In this document: positions 28,606 through 36,261 of the stretch, in pieces
Layout: each line of letters begins with the position of its first letter
Numbering within the stretch: the stretch's first letter is position 1
Assembly: GCA_943327105.2 (NCBI GenBank)
Contig: CALPVV020000001.1
Location: 3,276-67,275 of the forward strand
Origin: Nitrosovibrio sp. Nv4
GTDB taxonomy: Bacteria; Bdellovibrionota; UBA1018; CAIMNF01
Reading direction: 5' to 3'
Length of the DNA stretch: 64,000 bases
Made by a program: the position numbers and the translations under genes
The notes under the pieces: generated by a model
Seen by the model: the letters and a program-made list of their open reading frames with translations, nothing else
The model's database searches: none
Told to the model about the DNA's origin: nothing

Positions 28606-29088
28606 ATGATCAATCAAGCAGATATCAATATTGGAATTTATGAAACAGACCGAAGAGAAGTTGCAACCCAACTTGCAGTGCTACTTGCAGACACTTATCT
28701 TCTCTATTTAAAAACCCAAAATTTTCATTGGAACGTAACTGGAAAAATGTTCGGAACACTTCATCTACTTTTTGAGAACCATTATAAAGAAATGGCTGAG
28801 TCGATTGATGACATTGCTGAAAGTATCAGAGAGCTTGGATTTCATGCCCCGGCTACTTTTGAAGAGTTTCAGAAAAGAACTGCGATTCGTGAACCCGTTG
28901 GAATTCCCAAAGCCCAAGAGATGATACTTGAATTGGTGGTGGGCCATGAAGTGGTGATTGAAACAGCTCGAATACTGTTAGAAACTGCTCAAGTTGCAGG
29001 TGATTCTGCTACGGCTGATCTGGCAGTGAGAAGAATCCAAGCTCATGAAAAAGCGGCATGGATGCTAAGAAGCCATCTTGAAGATTGA
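28606..29088 (+). CDS. dps: Dps-family DNA-binding ferritin-like protein
   Basis: LADTYLLYLKTQNFHWNVTG..F..LH..FE..Y ferroxidase-site pattern. 160 aa. Confidence 0.9.
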   Translation: MINQADINIGIYETDRREVATQLAVLLADTYLLYLKTQNFHWNVTGKMFGTLHLLFENHYKEMAESIDDIAESIRELGFHAPATFEEFQKRTAIREPVGIPKAQEMILELVVGHEVVIETARILLETAQVAGDSATADLAVRRIQAHEKAAWMLRSHLED

Positions 29089-29091
29089 TGA

Positions 29092-29898
29092 TCAATAGTT
29101 GATCATTGAATCTTTTTGTTTTGCTTCCTGTTCAAGGTCCACCGCGCCTTTTTGCTCTGTATTTTTTATTTCTGGTGCAGAAGCAGGAACTCTTTCCGGT
29201 TGTTCCAATGGGTTTAATCCACTTGCTACTGTCGGTGTCATGCTAATACCGTATTTTGAGAATACCGAATCACTGCTATTAGCTTTTGATTCGAGTGAAA
29301 TCCACGGTTCCATTGATGAACCATTCAGGCCTTGCATTACCGCAATGCTGTTTTCAGAGTTTGGGGTAACTTTTCGGAAAAAAACCCATTCTGAAATTTT
29401 AGAATAATATTGAGTTGCCCAACGTAAATATCTGGAATCGTGATAAAGGTCTAGAAATGCATTTGCAACGGGAGTAATGAACCCAAAGGTTTCAAATACC
29501 TTTTTCTGTCTGTCACCCCAAGTGGTATCAGATTGAAGTGTTTCTTGTAGCTTTGAAATTTTTGAATAAAAGCACCAGTGCATCCTTTCCGGGTCGCCAG
29601 ATACCAATTCAGTTGCACCTTTTTTACGTTCCTCGATGCTATTGGTTAGTGTAGTCAGTTTTTGGAATTCAGAATCACAATTAGTCGCAAATTCGCCTTC
29701 GGCATCCATTGGTGCTAAAGGACTGTGAAAAATCGACCTTAAGCTGGCAAGTTCAAAACTTGCCGGATGGGGTACTTTTACATATTCAGGAACTTCAGGA
29801 AGAGCAGGTCGTTCCTGCACAATTGTAGTGCTGGAGCATCCTGTGATCATCGTCAGAACTAAAACGGTTATTACCCTGCCTTGAATTTCAAGTCTCAT
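29092..29898 (-). CDS. Hypothetical lipoprotein
   Basis: MRLEIQGRVITVLVLTMITGCSS lipobox. No recognisable domain. Divergent from the operon at 30021. Confidence 0.55.
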   Translation of the reverse strand: MRLEIQGRVITVLVLTMITGCSSTTIVQERPALPEVPEYVKVPHPASFELASLRSIFHSPLAPMDAEGEFATNCDSEFQKLTTLTNSIEERKKGATELVSGDPERMHWCFYSKISKLQETLQSDTTWGDRQKKVFETFGFITPVANAFLDLYHDSRYLRWATQYYSKISEWVFFRKVTPNSENSIAVMQGLNGSSMEPWISLESKANSSDSVFSKYGISMTPTVASGLNPLEQPERVPASAPEIKNTEQKGAVDLEQEAKQKDSMINY

Positions 29899-30020
29899 AT
29901 ATTCGATCCTCACCTTCTCACTTATCGTCAACTTCTTGAAAAACGTTAATTTTATGTCGCTATTTTAATATTGTTATTTTTTTTCAAGAACTTAATGGGT
30001 GTGTCCGATCAGCAATTGTG

Positions 30021-31121
30021 ATGAACCGAAGACACTTAAAAACAGGCGCTTTGAAAGTATTTTCATCGGTATTGGCAATCGTTGTGGGATCAATGAATTC
30101 CGCAGCCGCAGCTGAACCACCGGCTCCGAATGGTGCAAGAAACTTCTATGGAGTACTCGATGAAGTTCTTGCTGATTTCGAATATGACCTCAAGTCGGGT
30201 CAAGTGACAGGGTTGAAGGATCTTTCGATCCGAAATATTGCCACCAGCGAGAATGTACCTTCTTCATTCAAACCTCATTTGGAACTTTTGATCACTGAGC
30301 GGATCATGAAAACTACAAAGACTAGAATCGTACATTGTGTCTCATGTAGGGCTAAAAAGACCACCCTCGATTCCCAGTCGATGGTGATTTCGTCACCAGA
30401 CTCAAGCGGTCCTGAAATGCAGAGAATTGCAAAAATGAACGGTATTCAGAATTATATGGATATCGCTTTTGCTTATCAGCCTTCAGGGATGATTCTTTCA
30501 CTTCAAATCAGTGATGCAGAATCAAATAGTACCGTTTGGACTAGAAGTTATAATTCTGAAAATACCAGAGCATCGGCTATGAGACGTGGAGTGGATCCGC
30601 AACAGGCTGAAGAAGCAAAGTTCAAGATGGAATACATGCCGACACTACAGGTGAAACCAACGATATACACACTCATGGCACCAAAAGCTGGTAGTGGTTA
30701 TTCGACTTCCCTTGGGTTGGGTTTGCGGATGATGGAAAGATACGACAATCGCCAAAAAGAAGTTGGATTTGAAATGAACTACTACATGGACATTTCAAAA
30801 CTGATCGGAATAACCCAATCGGATAATAACGTCTGGGCCAAATTCAACCTGACGATGCTATTCATGCATGCTTGGGGACTTTTTGGAGAAGAAGAAAATT
30901 TCAATAAAACTCGTGGTGTGATTCACGCCGGAATTGGAGGCAGTTATGCATCCGGATTCTTGGGTGGTCTGGTTAGAGGTGGTTATGAATGGCGTTTTGC
31001 CAAGCATTGGACCCTGACTTCTTTCCTGGGTTATCGCCCAAAAGCAACGGTATTAATTTCTGGTACACAATCATCTTTGACAGGTGTTGAAGGAGGACTC
31101 GGTGTTGGCTACATATTCTAA
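30021..31121 (+). CDS. Outer-membrane protein: N-terminal alpha/beta periplasmic domain plus C-terminal beta-barrel-like region (hypothetical)
   Basis: Signal peptide ..SMNSAAAA. The C-terminal half has alternating-hydrophobicity strands rich in G/Y and ends in ..GLGVGYIF (terminal Phe, an OMP signature). Confidence 0.6.
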   Translation: MNRRHLKTGALKVFSSVLAIVVGSMNSAAAAEPPAPNGARNFYGVLDEVLADFEYDLKSGQVTGLKDLSIRNIATSENVPSSFKPHLELLITERIMKTTKTRIVHCVSCRAKKTTLDSQSMVISSPDSSGPEMQRIAKMNGIQNYMDIAFAYQPSGMILSLQISDAESNSTVWTRSYNSENTRASAMRRGVDPQQAEEAKFKMEYMPTLQVKPTIYTLMAPKAGSGYSTSLGLGLRMMERYDNRQKEVGFEMNYYMDISKLIGITQSDNNVWAKFNLTMLFMHAWGLFGEEENFNKTRGVIHAGIGGSYASGFLGGLVRGGYEWRFAKHWTLTSFLGYRPKATVLISGTQSSLTGVEGGLGVGYIF

Positions 31122-31125
31122 ATTC

Positions 31126-31821
31126 ATGATGGCGCTTCTGGCTGTAATGACCGTAAGCGGTTGTGCAACCCGTAATCAACAGGAAAAGTTCCGCCCGATC
31201 GACAATCCCTTTGCCGAATCAGGTTGGCAAGCAAGTGATGAAAATAAAAATCTCACTTTCAGAACTAAAAACGGAGATCAAACTGTAGAAGTGGAGATTC
31301 CACATCAGTATGATTCTGATCTTTCGGTGCCAATGAACTTGAATAAGAGCACTGTGAAGGATCAAAAATCAAACGCCGGTGTTGATTACTCATATTCTGA
31401 AATGAAACCTTCCATAGCAGACCGAGAAATCGCATCTACGTTTAATTCTACAGGAACATTTGAAGACGAAAGACGTAAACGCGAAATCGAACAGGGCCTA
31501 GGACTTCAGGAAGTCGATGAGCTGCCTAAGATGGATGAAAGTTATCTTGGAAAGTTAGATGTAGTGAAGCAGCTTTTTAAAAACAAACGTATGGAAGCAT
31601 CTTTGATTGAAATCGACAAAATGATCAAGGATTACCCGACTGATGCAAAGTTATTTGAAATGCGTGGTACGGTACTCGATCGCCTCGGATACCGTGATCT
31701 TGCTCTTCGCTCCTGGAAGCAATCGTTAGAGTTTAAACCAGAACAAATTGCACTTAAAAAAGTAGTGGATAAGCGTGAAGCACAGCGTTCTGTTGCATCA
31801 GAAAAAATGGAGAATAAATAG
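31126..31821 (+). CDS. TPR-repeat lipoprotein
   Basis: MMALLAVMTVSGC lipobox. C-terminal TPR-like units (DAKLFEMRGTVLDRLGYRDLALRSWKQSLEFKPE). The gene starts 4 nt after the upstream stop. Confidence 0.7.
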   Translation: MMALLAVMTVSGCATRNQQEKFRPIDNPFAESGWQASDENKNLTFRTKNGDQTVEVEIPHQYDSDLSVPMNLNKSTVKDQKSNAGVDYSYSEMKPSIADREIASTFNSTGTFEDERRKREIEQGLGLQEVDELPKMDESYLGKLDVVKQLFKNKRMEASLIEIDKMIKDYPTDAKLFEMRGTVLDRLGYRDLALRSWKQSLEFKPEQIALKKVVDKREAQRSVASEKMENK

Positions 31822-34134
31822 ATGAAATCGAATTTGATGACAATCCTCACATTCATCGCCATGATTCATACCGCTCATGCGGCTCCATCGACACTCGATG
31901 TGAAAAAACACGGCGAACAAGAAATCAAACAAGTGATTGAACCGATCGTAGAAAAATACTGCCATGAGCAGTGCCGCGTGGTTCACATTGAAACTGAAGT
32001 TGATCTCGCGGTTGATGATCTGACCACACCTGGCTTTGAAGATGGCGGCGGTAAGGTTACTTTGGCACCGGCAAGCGGCAAGGTTAAATTATTGATTGAT
32101 GAAAATCTTGGTAGCAAAAACCGTGGAATGATTATTGATTTGATGAAAGAACACTTTCTTTCATTGAATTTTCCTGTAGAGCTTGATGTTAAGGTTTCCA
32201 GGTTTCCACAGCCGGCATCATCTAACTATAAGACGGCTGAATTACGGGATAAGGTATCTCGCGACATTAAAAACTCCATCAACTCGCTTCTTACTCAATT
32301 CTGTTCAAAGCACTGTGTATTGGGTGAATTCGATGTTCAAACTGAGGCAGTCAACCCTGAAGATATTGACTATGCTTCCAATCAAGAATACTTCCAGGAC
32401 GGGCCTGCCGCTGTACGTGTGAAAAGTGTTAAGGCCAATATTATGGTTGATGAGATGATGCCATCGGCAGAAGCCGCAGGAATTATTGAAATGGCCAAAG
32501 TAAAAGTTGCTCAGTTCAAGAATGCAGACATTACTAGTCAAACCATGAAGTTTCCTAAAAGTGCAGAAGAGTTGAATGCTGCAATCGCATCAGCTGAAAC
32601 CAATGGCAAGAATGGCCGTATGCCTTCTTCAACGACTACTAATGACAACAAGGAAATGCGTGACAGTAAAGAAGTACACGACAGCAAGGAAGTCAAAGAT
32701 TCCAGAGAAATGAAAGACTCTAAAGAGTCTAAAACCGAAAATATTACCAAAAATGAAACCGGTAATAGAAGTGAACGATTTGAAAAATACGAAAAAATTG
32801 AACGGGTTGAAAATGGTGATGCGGTTCAGAAAACACTGGATAAGTTCCGTCTCTACGGAATCATCATCTCGGCAATCATTCTTGCTCTACTCTGTACTCT
32901 GGTTGTAACTTCGTTCCGGAAGCAGATCTTCACTACACTTGGGTTTCCAGGTGGTGGTGGCGATGGAAAAAGCAACGAAAGCAAGATTACACATTCATAT
33001 TCTTATGGTGGACTGAGTGATCCTTCCCTGACTAGTGATGAGAAGGGCGCTTTGATTGCACGTCGAATCGAAGCAAGCAACCTTTATAATGAGATGATCA
33101 ACATTTTCGGTGAGCAACCGAAAGTGGCGAAACATGTCTTTACCAATATTCTCACCGAAGAGGGAGTTGAAGAGGTTGCTAAATACCTTGAAATGTTTGG
33201 TGAGTCGGTGATGATGGATCTTTTGAAGGATCCTGGTCTTCAAACCGATTGTGCCGAGTTGATGGAATTTTACAGCAAAAACACATTCGAACTTTCTGAA
33301 GATGAAAAATTCAATCTTTTGAAGCGTCTTCACCATAGAACAACCACTGCCAAGATGCAGATCTTTGGAAGTAGATCGGCGACATTGTTCGATTTCCTTG
33401 CCGAAATGGAATCAAATCAGATTTCAGATATGGTCAAGAACGAGTCAAATACGGTCAAGGCGATCATTCTTACTCAATGTGATCAGAAAAAGCGCCAAGC
33501 TGTATTCAATTCTTATGATGAGGGCTTGAGATTAAAGTTGATGACAGAGTTGTCGCGAATCGATCATTTGCCTAAGAACTATATCTTTAACGTAGCATCG
33601 GCGCTACGTCGTAAAAAGGCAGAAAATCCGAAGTACAATACTGAAGCATTGCCAGGTTCAGATGTATTGGTTTCTTTCCTTGAGAAATCAGGTCTTGAAA
33701 CACAAAAGGCGATTGTTCAGCAATTGATGAGTTCTTCCAGCGGTGATGCGATTCATGCACTCAAGTCGAAATTGGCAAGTCTTGAATCGATACGCTACAT
33801 GAAGGACAGTCAGGTGACTGAGATTGCAACAAGCTTGAAGCACGACGAGTTCGTTCAATTTGTCAAAGGTACAACCGCTGACATCCGTGATGCGATCTTG
33901 AATAAAGTTTCACATGACTTGGCGATCGAGTTGTCTGAAGAAATTGATCTGGTTGAGGCTGTTGGTAGAGATACCTTCCTTTCGATTGAGCGTAAGATTC
34001 TGAATAAAATCAAAATTCTTGCAAACCAGGGTCAGATCAATCTCGCAGAAGTGAATGAAAAGATGTTTGCCAATGAGTTCGGTTTCGACACCACAAGTGA
34101 AATCGATGCATCAGACATGAAGAGAGTAGGATAA
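31822..34134 (+). CDS. Membrane-anchored FliG homologue: signal peptide + about 320-aa periplasmic domain + 1 TM + FliG N/M/C-like cytoplasmic domains
   Basis: The C-terminal ~400 aa are collinear with FliG. LTSDEKGALIA (cf. LTGxEKAAILL), FDFL..M...Q..DMVKNES.TVKAIILTQ.D...R..V....DE.LR..LM.E.SR, and VKGTTADIRDAILNKVSHDLAIELSEEIDL..AVGR....IERKIL.....LANQGQI (cf. E. coli LKGA...LREKFLRNMSQRAADILRDDLANRGPVR...VENEQKAIL...RRLAETGEM). TM helix at 32851-32916. Confidence 0.7.
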   Translation: MKSNLMTILTFIAMIHTAHAAPSTLDVKKHGEQEIKQVIEPIVEKYCHEQCRVVHIETEVDLAVDDLTTPGFEDGGGKVTLAPASGKVKLLIDENLGSKNRGMIIDLMKEHFLSLNFPVELDVKVSRFPQPASSNYKTAELRDKVSRDIKNSINSLLTQFCSKHCVLGEFDVQTEAVNPEDIDYASNQEYFQDGPAAVRVKSVKANIMVDEMMPSAEAAGIIEMAKVKVAQFKNADITSQTMKFPKSAEELNAAIASAETNGKNGRMPSSTTTNDNKEMRDSKEVHDSKEVKDSREMKDSKESKTENITKNETGNRSERFEKYEKIERVENGDAVQKTLDKFRLYGIIISAIILALLCTLVVTSFRKQIFTTLGFPGGGGDGKSNESKITHSYSYGGLSDPSLTSDEKGALIARRIEASNLYNEMINIFGEQPKVAKHVFTNILTEEGVEEVAKYLEMFGESVMMDLLKDPGLQTDCAELMEFYSKNTFELSEDEKFNLLKRLHHRTTTAKMQIFGSRSATLFDFLAEMESNQISDMVKNESNTVKAIILTQCDQKKRQAVFNSYDEGLRLKLMTELSRIDHLPKNYIFNVASALRRKKAENPKYNTEALPGSDVLVSFLEKSGLETQKAIVQQLMSSSSGDAIHALKSKLASLESIRYMKDSQVTEIATSLKHDEFVQFVKGTTADIRDAILNKVSHDLAIELSEEIDLVEAVGRDTFLSIERKILNKIKILANQGQINLAEVNEKMFANEFGFDTTSEIDASDMKRVG
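32650..32735 (+). repeat. About four imperfect 21-nt tandem repeats encoding KE(M/V)xDS(K/R)
   Basis: Translation is KEMRDSKEVHDSKEVKDSREMKDSKESK. It lies in the periplasmic juxtamembrane linker of the FliG-like protein. Confidence 0.7.
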
Positions 34135-34138
34135 CCGT

Positions 34139-34924
34139 ATGAATATTTCATCTTTAGTCGGAGTATTGGTTGGTCTTGCGGTAGTAGCCGCATCTCTCAC
34201 TGAAACAGGAATGGATCTGAAGTTCTTCCTGAACTTCCACGGAGTGGTGATTGTCTGTGGTGGAACATTCGCTGCAGCTGCAATCAGCTATCCATTGAAC
34301 AAGATCTTTATGTTGACGAAGGTGTTCTTCAATCGGTTGCTGGGTAAATCTAAAATCGATTACCAGGCAACAATTGAACAGATGCTCGATATCAATAAGA
34401 AGTTTTCACTAGGTCTTGTGAGCGGCAACGATGCTGCCAACCTAGCAACACACCCTTTCTTGAAAGAGGCTGTGATCTTGGTTGCAGACGGAGTGCTTTC
34501 AGAAAAAGAAATTCGTGCCGTGCTGGAGCAGCGATTAAAAACAATCGAATATCAGTATCATCATGAGGCGCAAATGTTCAAAGCACTCGGAAAGTATCCG
34601 CCGGCTTTTGGACTTCTTGCAACTACGCTTGGTATGATCGCATTACTTCAAAAAATCGGACAGCCGGGCGCGGAGAAACTAATTGGACCGGCGATGGCAA
34701 TCGGTCTTGTTGGAACCCTTTATGGAATTGGCTTGGCAAACTTGTTCTTCATTCCAGTATCGGATGCACTTGTTGATAAAACGGAAGATGAAATGGCGCT
34801 TCGAAGAATGATGGTAGAAGGTGCGGTTTTGCTCAAACAAAGAGTGAACCCATTATTCATGCGCGAAAACCTGAATTCCTTCCTGATGCCAAAAGACCGT
34901 ATTCGCAGAAAGTCGGCAGCTTAA
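34139..34924 (+). CDS. MotA/PomA-like stator channel subunit (4 TM with long TM2-TM3 cytoplasmic loop)
   Basis: 261 aa. Two N-terminal TM helices, an ~100-aa loop, then YPPAFGLLATTLGMIALL and IGLVGTLYGIGLANLFFIPVSD (MotA_ExbB channel signature including the conserved Pro positions). Confidence 0.85.
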   Translation: MNISSLVGVLVGLAVVAASLTETGMDLKFFLNFHGVVIVCGGTFAAAAISYPLNKIFMLTKVFFNRLLGKSKIDYQATIEQMLDINKKFSLGLVSGNDAANLATHPFLKEAVILVADGVLSEKEIRAVLEQRLKTIEYQYHHEAQMFKALGKYPPAFGLLATTLGMIALLQKIGQPGAEKLIGPAMAIGLVGTLYGIGLANLFFIPVSDALVDKTEDEMALRRMMVEGAVLLKQRVNPLFMRENLNSFLMPKDRIRRKSAA

Positions 34925-34925
34925 T

Positions 34926-35720
34926 ATGGCAGTCATTCGAAAGCTTGAAAAGCCACAAGAAGAAAATACGCTCTATATCATCGACAAGAAAAGGTCGAAG
35001 GAAGAGCATAGTGATTCAAACTGGATTATCAGTTACGCGGACATGATGACCCTGCTCTGTATTTTTTTCATCATGCTTTTCAGCATGTCGAAGATGAATA
35101 CACCCGAATTTGAATCGGTAAAGAAAGAAGTATCCGAACACTTTGGTGCAAAGTATGAGTCACCTACGGAAGATCTGGGTAAATTCATCAATATGGTTTT
35201 AGTTGAAGCCGGAGTTGAAAAACAGGTGACGATGACCAGCGATGGTACCAGTGTGAGTGTGGCTTTCCATTCAACGATGTTTTTCGATACTTTGAGTGCA
35301 GAGATTTCACCAGCTGGTAAAGAGATCGTTGAAAAAATAGCGACCAAGCTGAATGAGTATCAAACAAAGAAGAACAAAAAATATAAAATCGTGATCGAGG
35401 GTCATACTGATAGTCAAGCTGTTGTCGGTGGTCCTTTCCCGAGTAACTGGGAACTTTCCAGTGCCCGTGCTACACGAGTAGTGCGCCTGTTTATTGATAA
35501 GAGCTTTGACCCTAAAGTGATGTTACCGATTGGTTTTGCTGATACACAGCCTCTCGGGGCTGATCGCAATTCAGATGGAACTTGGAATGGTGAAAACTTG
35601 GCGAAAAACCGTCGCGTGATACTGAAGATTCTTTTGCCAGAGGCTGAGAATGTCACATTTGGTAAAAAAGAAACGCAAACTCCAGCGCCTGCCTCAGTTC
35701 CAGAACCAGTAAAGCAATAG
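34926..35720 (+). CDS. MotB-like stator subunit with OmpA-type peptidoglycan-binding domain
   Basis: NWIISYADMMTLLCIFFIMLF (single TM with the conserved ion-binding Asp). C-terminal IEGHTDS...SNWELSSARATRV...NRRV OmpA-like motif. It starts 1 nt after the motA-like stop. Confidence 0.85.
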   Translation: MAVIRKLEKPQEENTLYIIDKKRSKEEHSDSNWIISYADMMTLLCIFFIMLFSMSKMNTPEFESVKKEVSEHFGAKYESPTEDLGKFINMVLVEAGVEKQVTMTSDGTSVSVAFHSTMFFDTLSAEISPAGKEIVEKIATKLNEYQTKKNKKYKIVIEGHTDSQAVVGGPFPSNWELSSARATRVVRLFIDKSFDPKVMLPIGFADTQPLGADRNSDGTWNGENLAKNRRVILKILLPEAENVTFGKKETQTPAPASVPEPVKQ

Positions 35721-35748
35721 GAAAATCTTACCGGCTGATTTCGGCCTA

Positions 35749-35979
35749 ATGACATGGGAACATGAAATGATGAAATTGAAGAACAGATTCAAAAAACCTG
35801 CTTCGAGAATAAAGGCACAAGATATCTGGGCTGAGAAAGCACCTTTATTTATTTCTCTTTTCCTTTTTGCGTTCGGAATGGGAATGATCGCCGATGGTAA
35901 AAAGATGTATGCAAATCAACTTCGGTTGTCTGAACGCGTTGATTACCGTGCTACTTTCAATCCTTTCCCGAAGAATTAA
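35749..35979 (+). CDS. Small hypothetical membrane protein
   Basis: 76 aa with one hydrophobic helix (APLFISLFLFAFGMGMIA). Possibly the last gene of the upstream operon. Confidence 0.4.
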   Translation: MTWEHEMMKLKNRFKKPASRIKAQDIWAEKAPLFISLFLFAFGMGMIADGKKMYANQLRLSERVDYRATFNPFPKN

Positions 35980-36101
35980 AAAAAAACCCAACCGGAATCA
36001 CAAATTGCTTTATGAGTTCGACTGGGTTTCCAGGTTGGATGTTTTAACTTGGTGTCGTACGGCCAACACTAAAAATTTTAATTACATTGCTGTAAAAAAA
36101 A

Positions 36102-36176
36102 TGGCTCAGGAGGAGGGATTCGAACCCCCGACCAATCGGTTAACAGCCGATTGCTCTACCACTGAGCTACTCCTGA
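36102..36176 (-). tRNA. tRNA-Asn (anticodon GTT)
   Basis: The reverse complement reads TCAGGAG-TA-GCTC-AGTGGTA-GAGC...CGGCTGTTAACCG (loop CTGTTAA)...GGGGGTTCGAATCCCTC-CTCCTGA-G-CCA. Full cloverleaf with 7-bp acceptor stem and encoded CCA. Confidence 0.95.
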
Positions 36177-36261
36177 ATAAAAAGTAGTTGTATAAAATAA
36201 GTAACGAAAAACGGTCGCGTTGTCTATAGCTTTTAAATCGAAGTCTCGTTACCTTTAAAGA

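Noticed and set aside
34139-35720. MotA/MotB pair as a Zorya (ZorAB) anti-phage system
   Set aside because: The MotA-like protein is only 261 aa, with no long C-terminal coiled-coil tail. No ZorC/D/E-like genes follow. The partner upstream is FliG-like instead.
23000-36000. Sigma-54 (TGGCAC-N5-TTGC) or sigma-28 (TAAA-N15-GCCGATAA) promoters upstream of the accessory operons
   Set aside because: A scan by eye found only partial matches with wrong spacing, such as TGGGTG...GCA and TCCGATCA just upstream of 30021. There is not enough to call a promoter. A position-weight-matrix scan would be needed.
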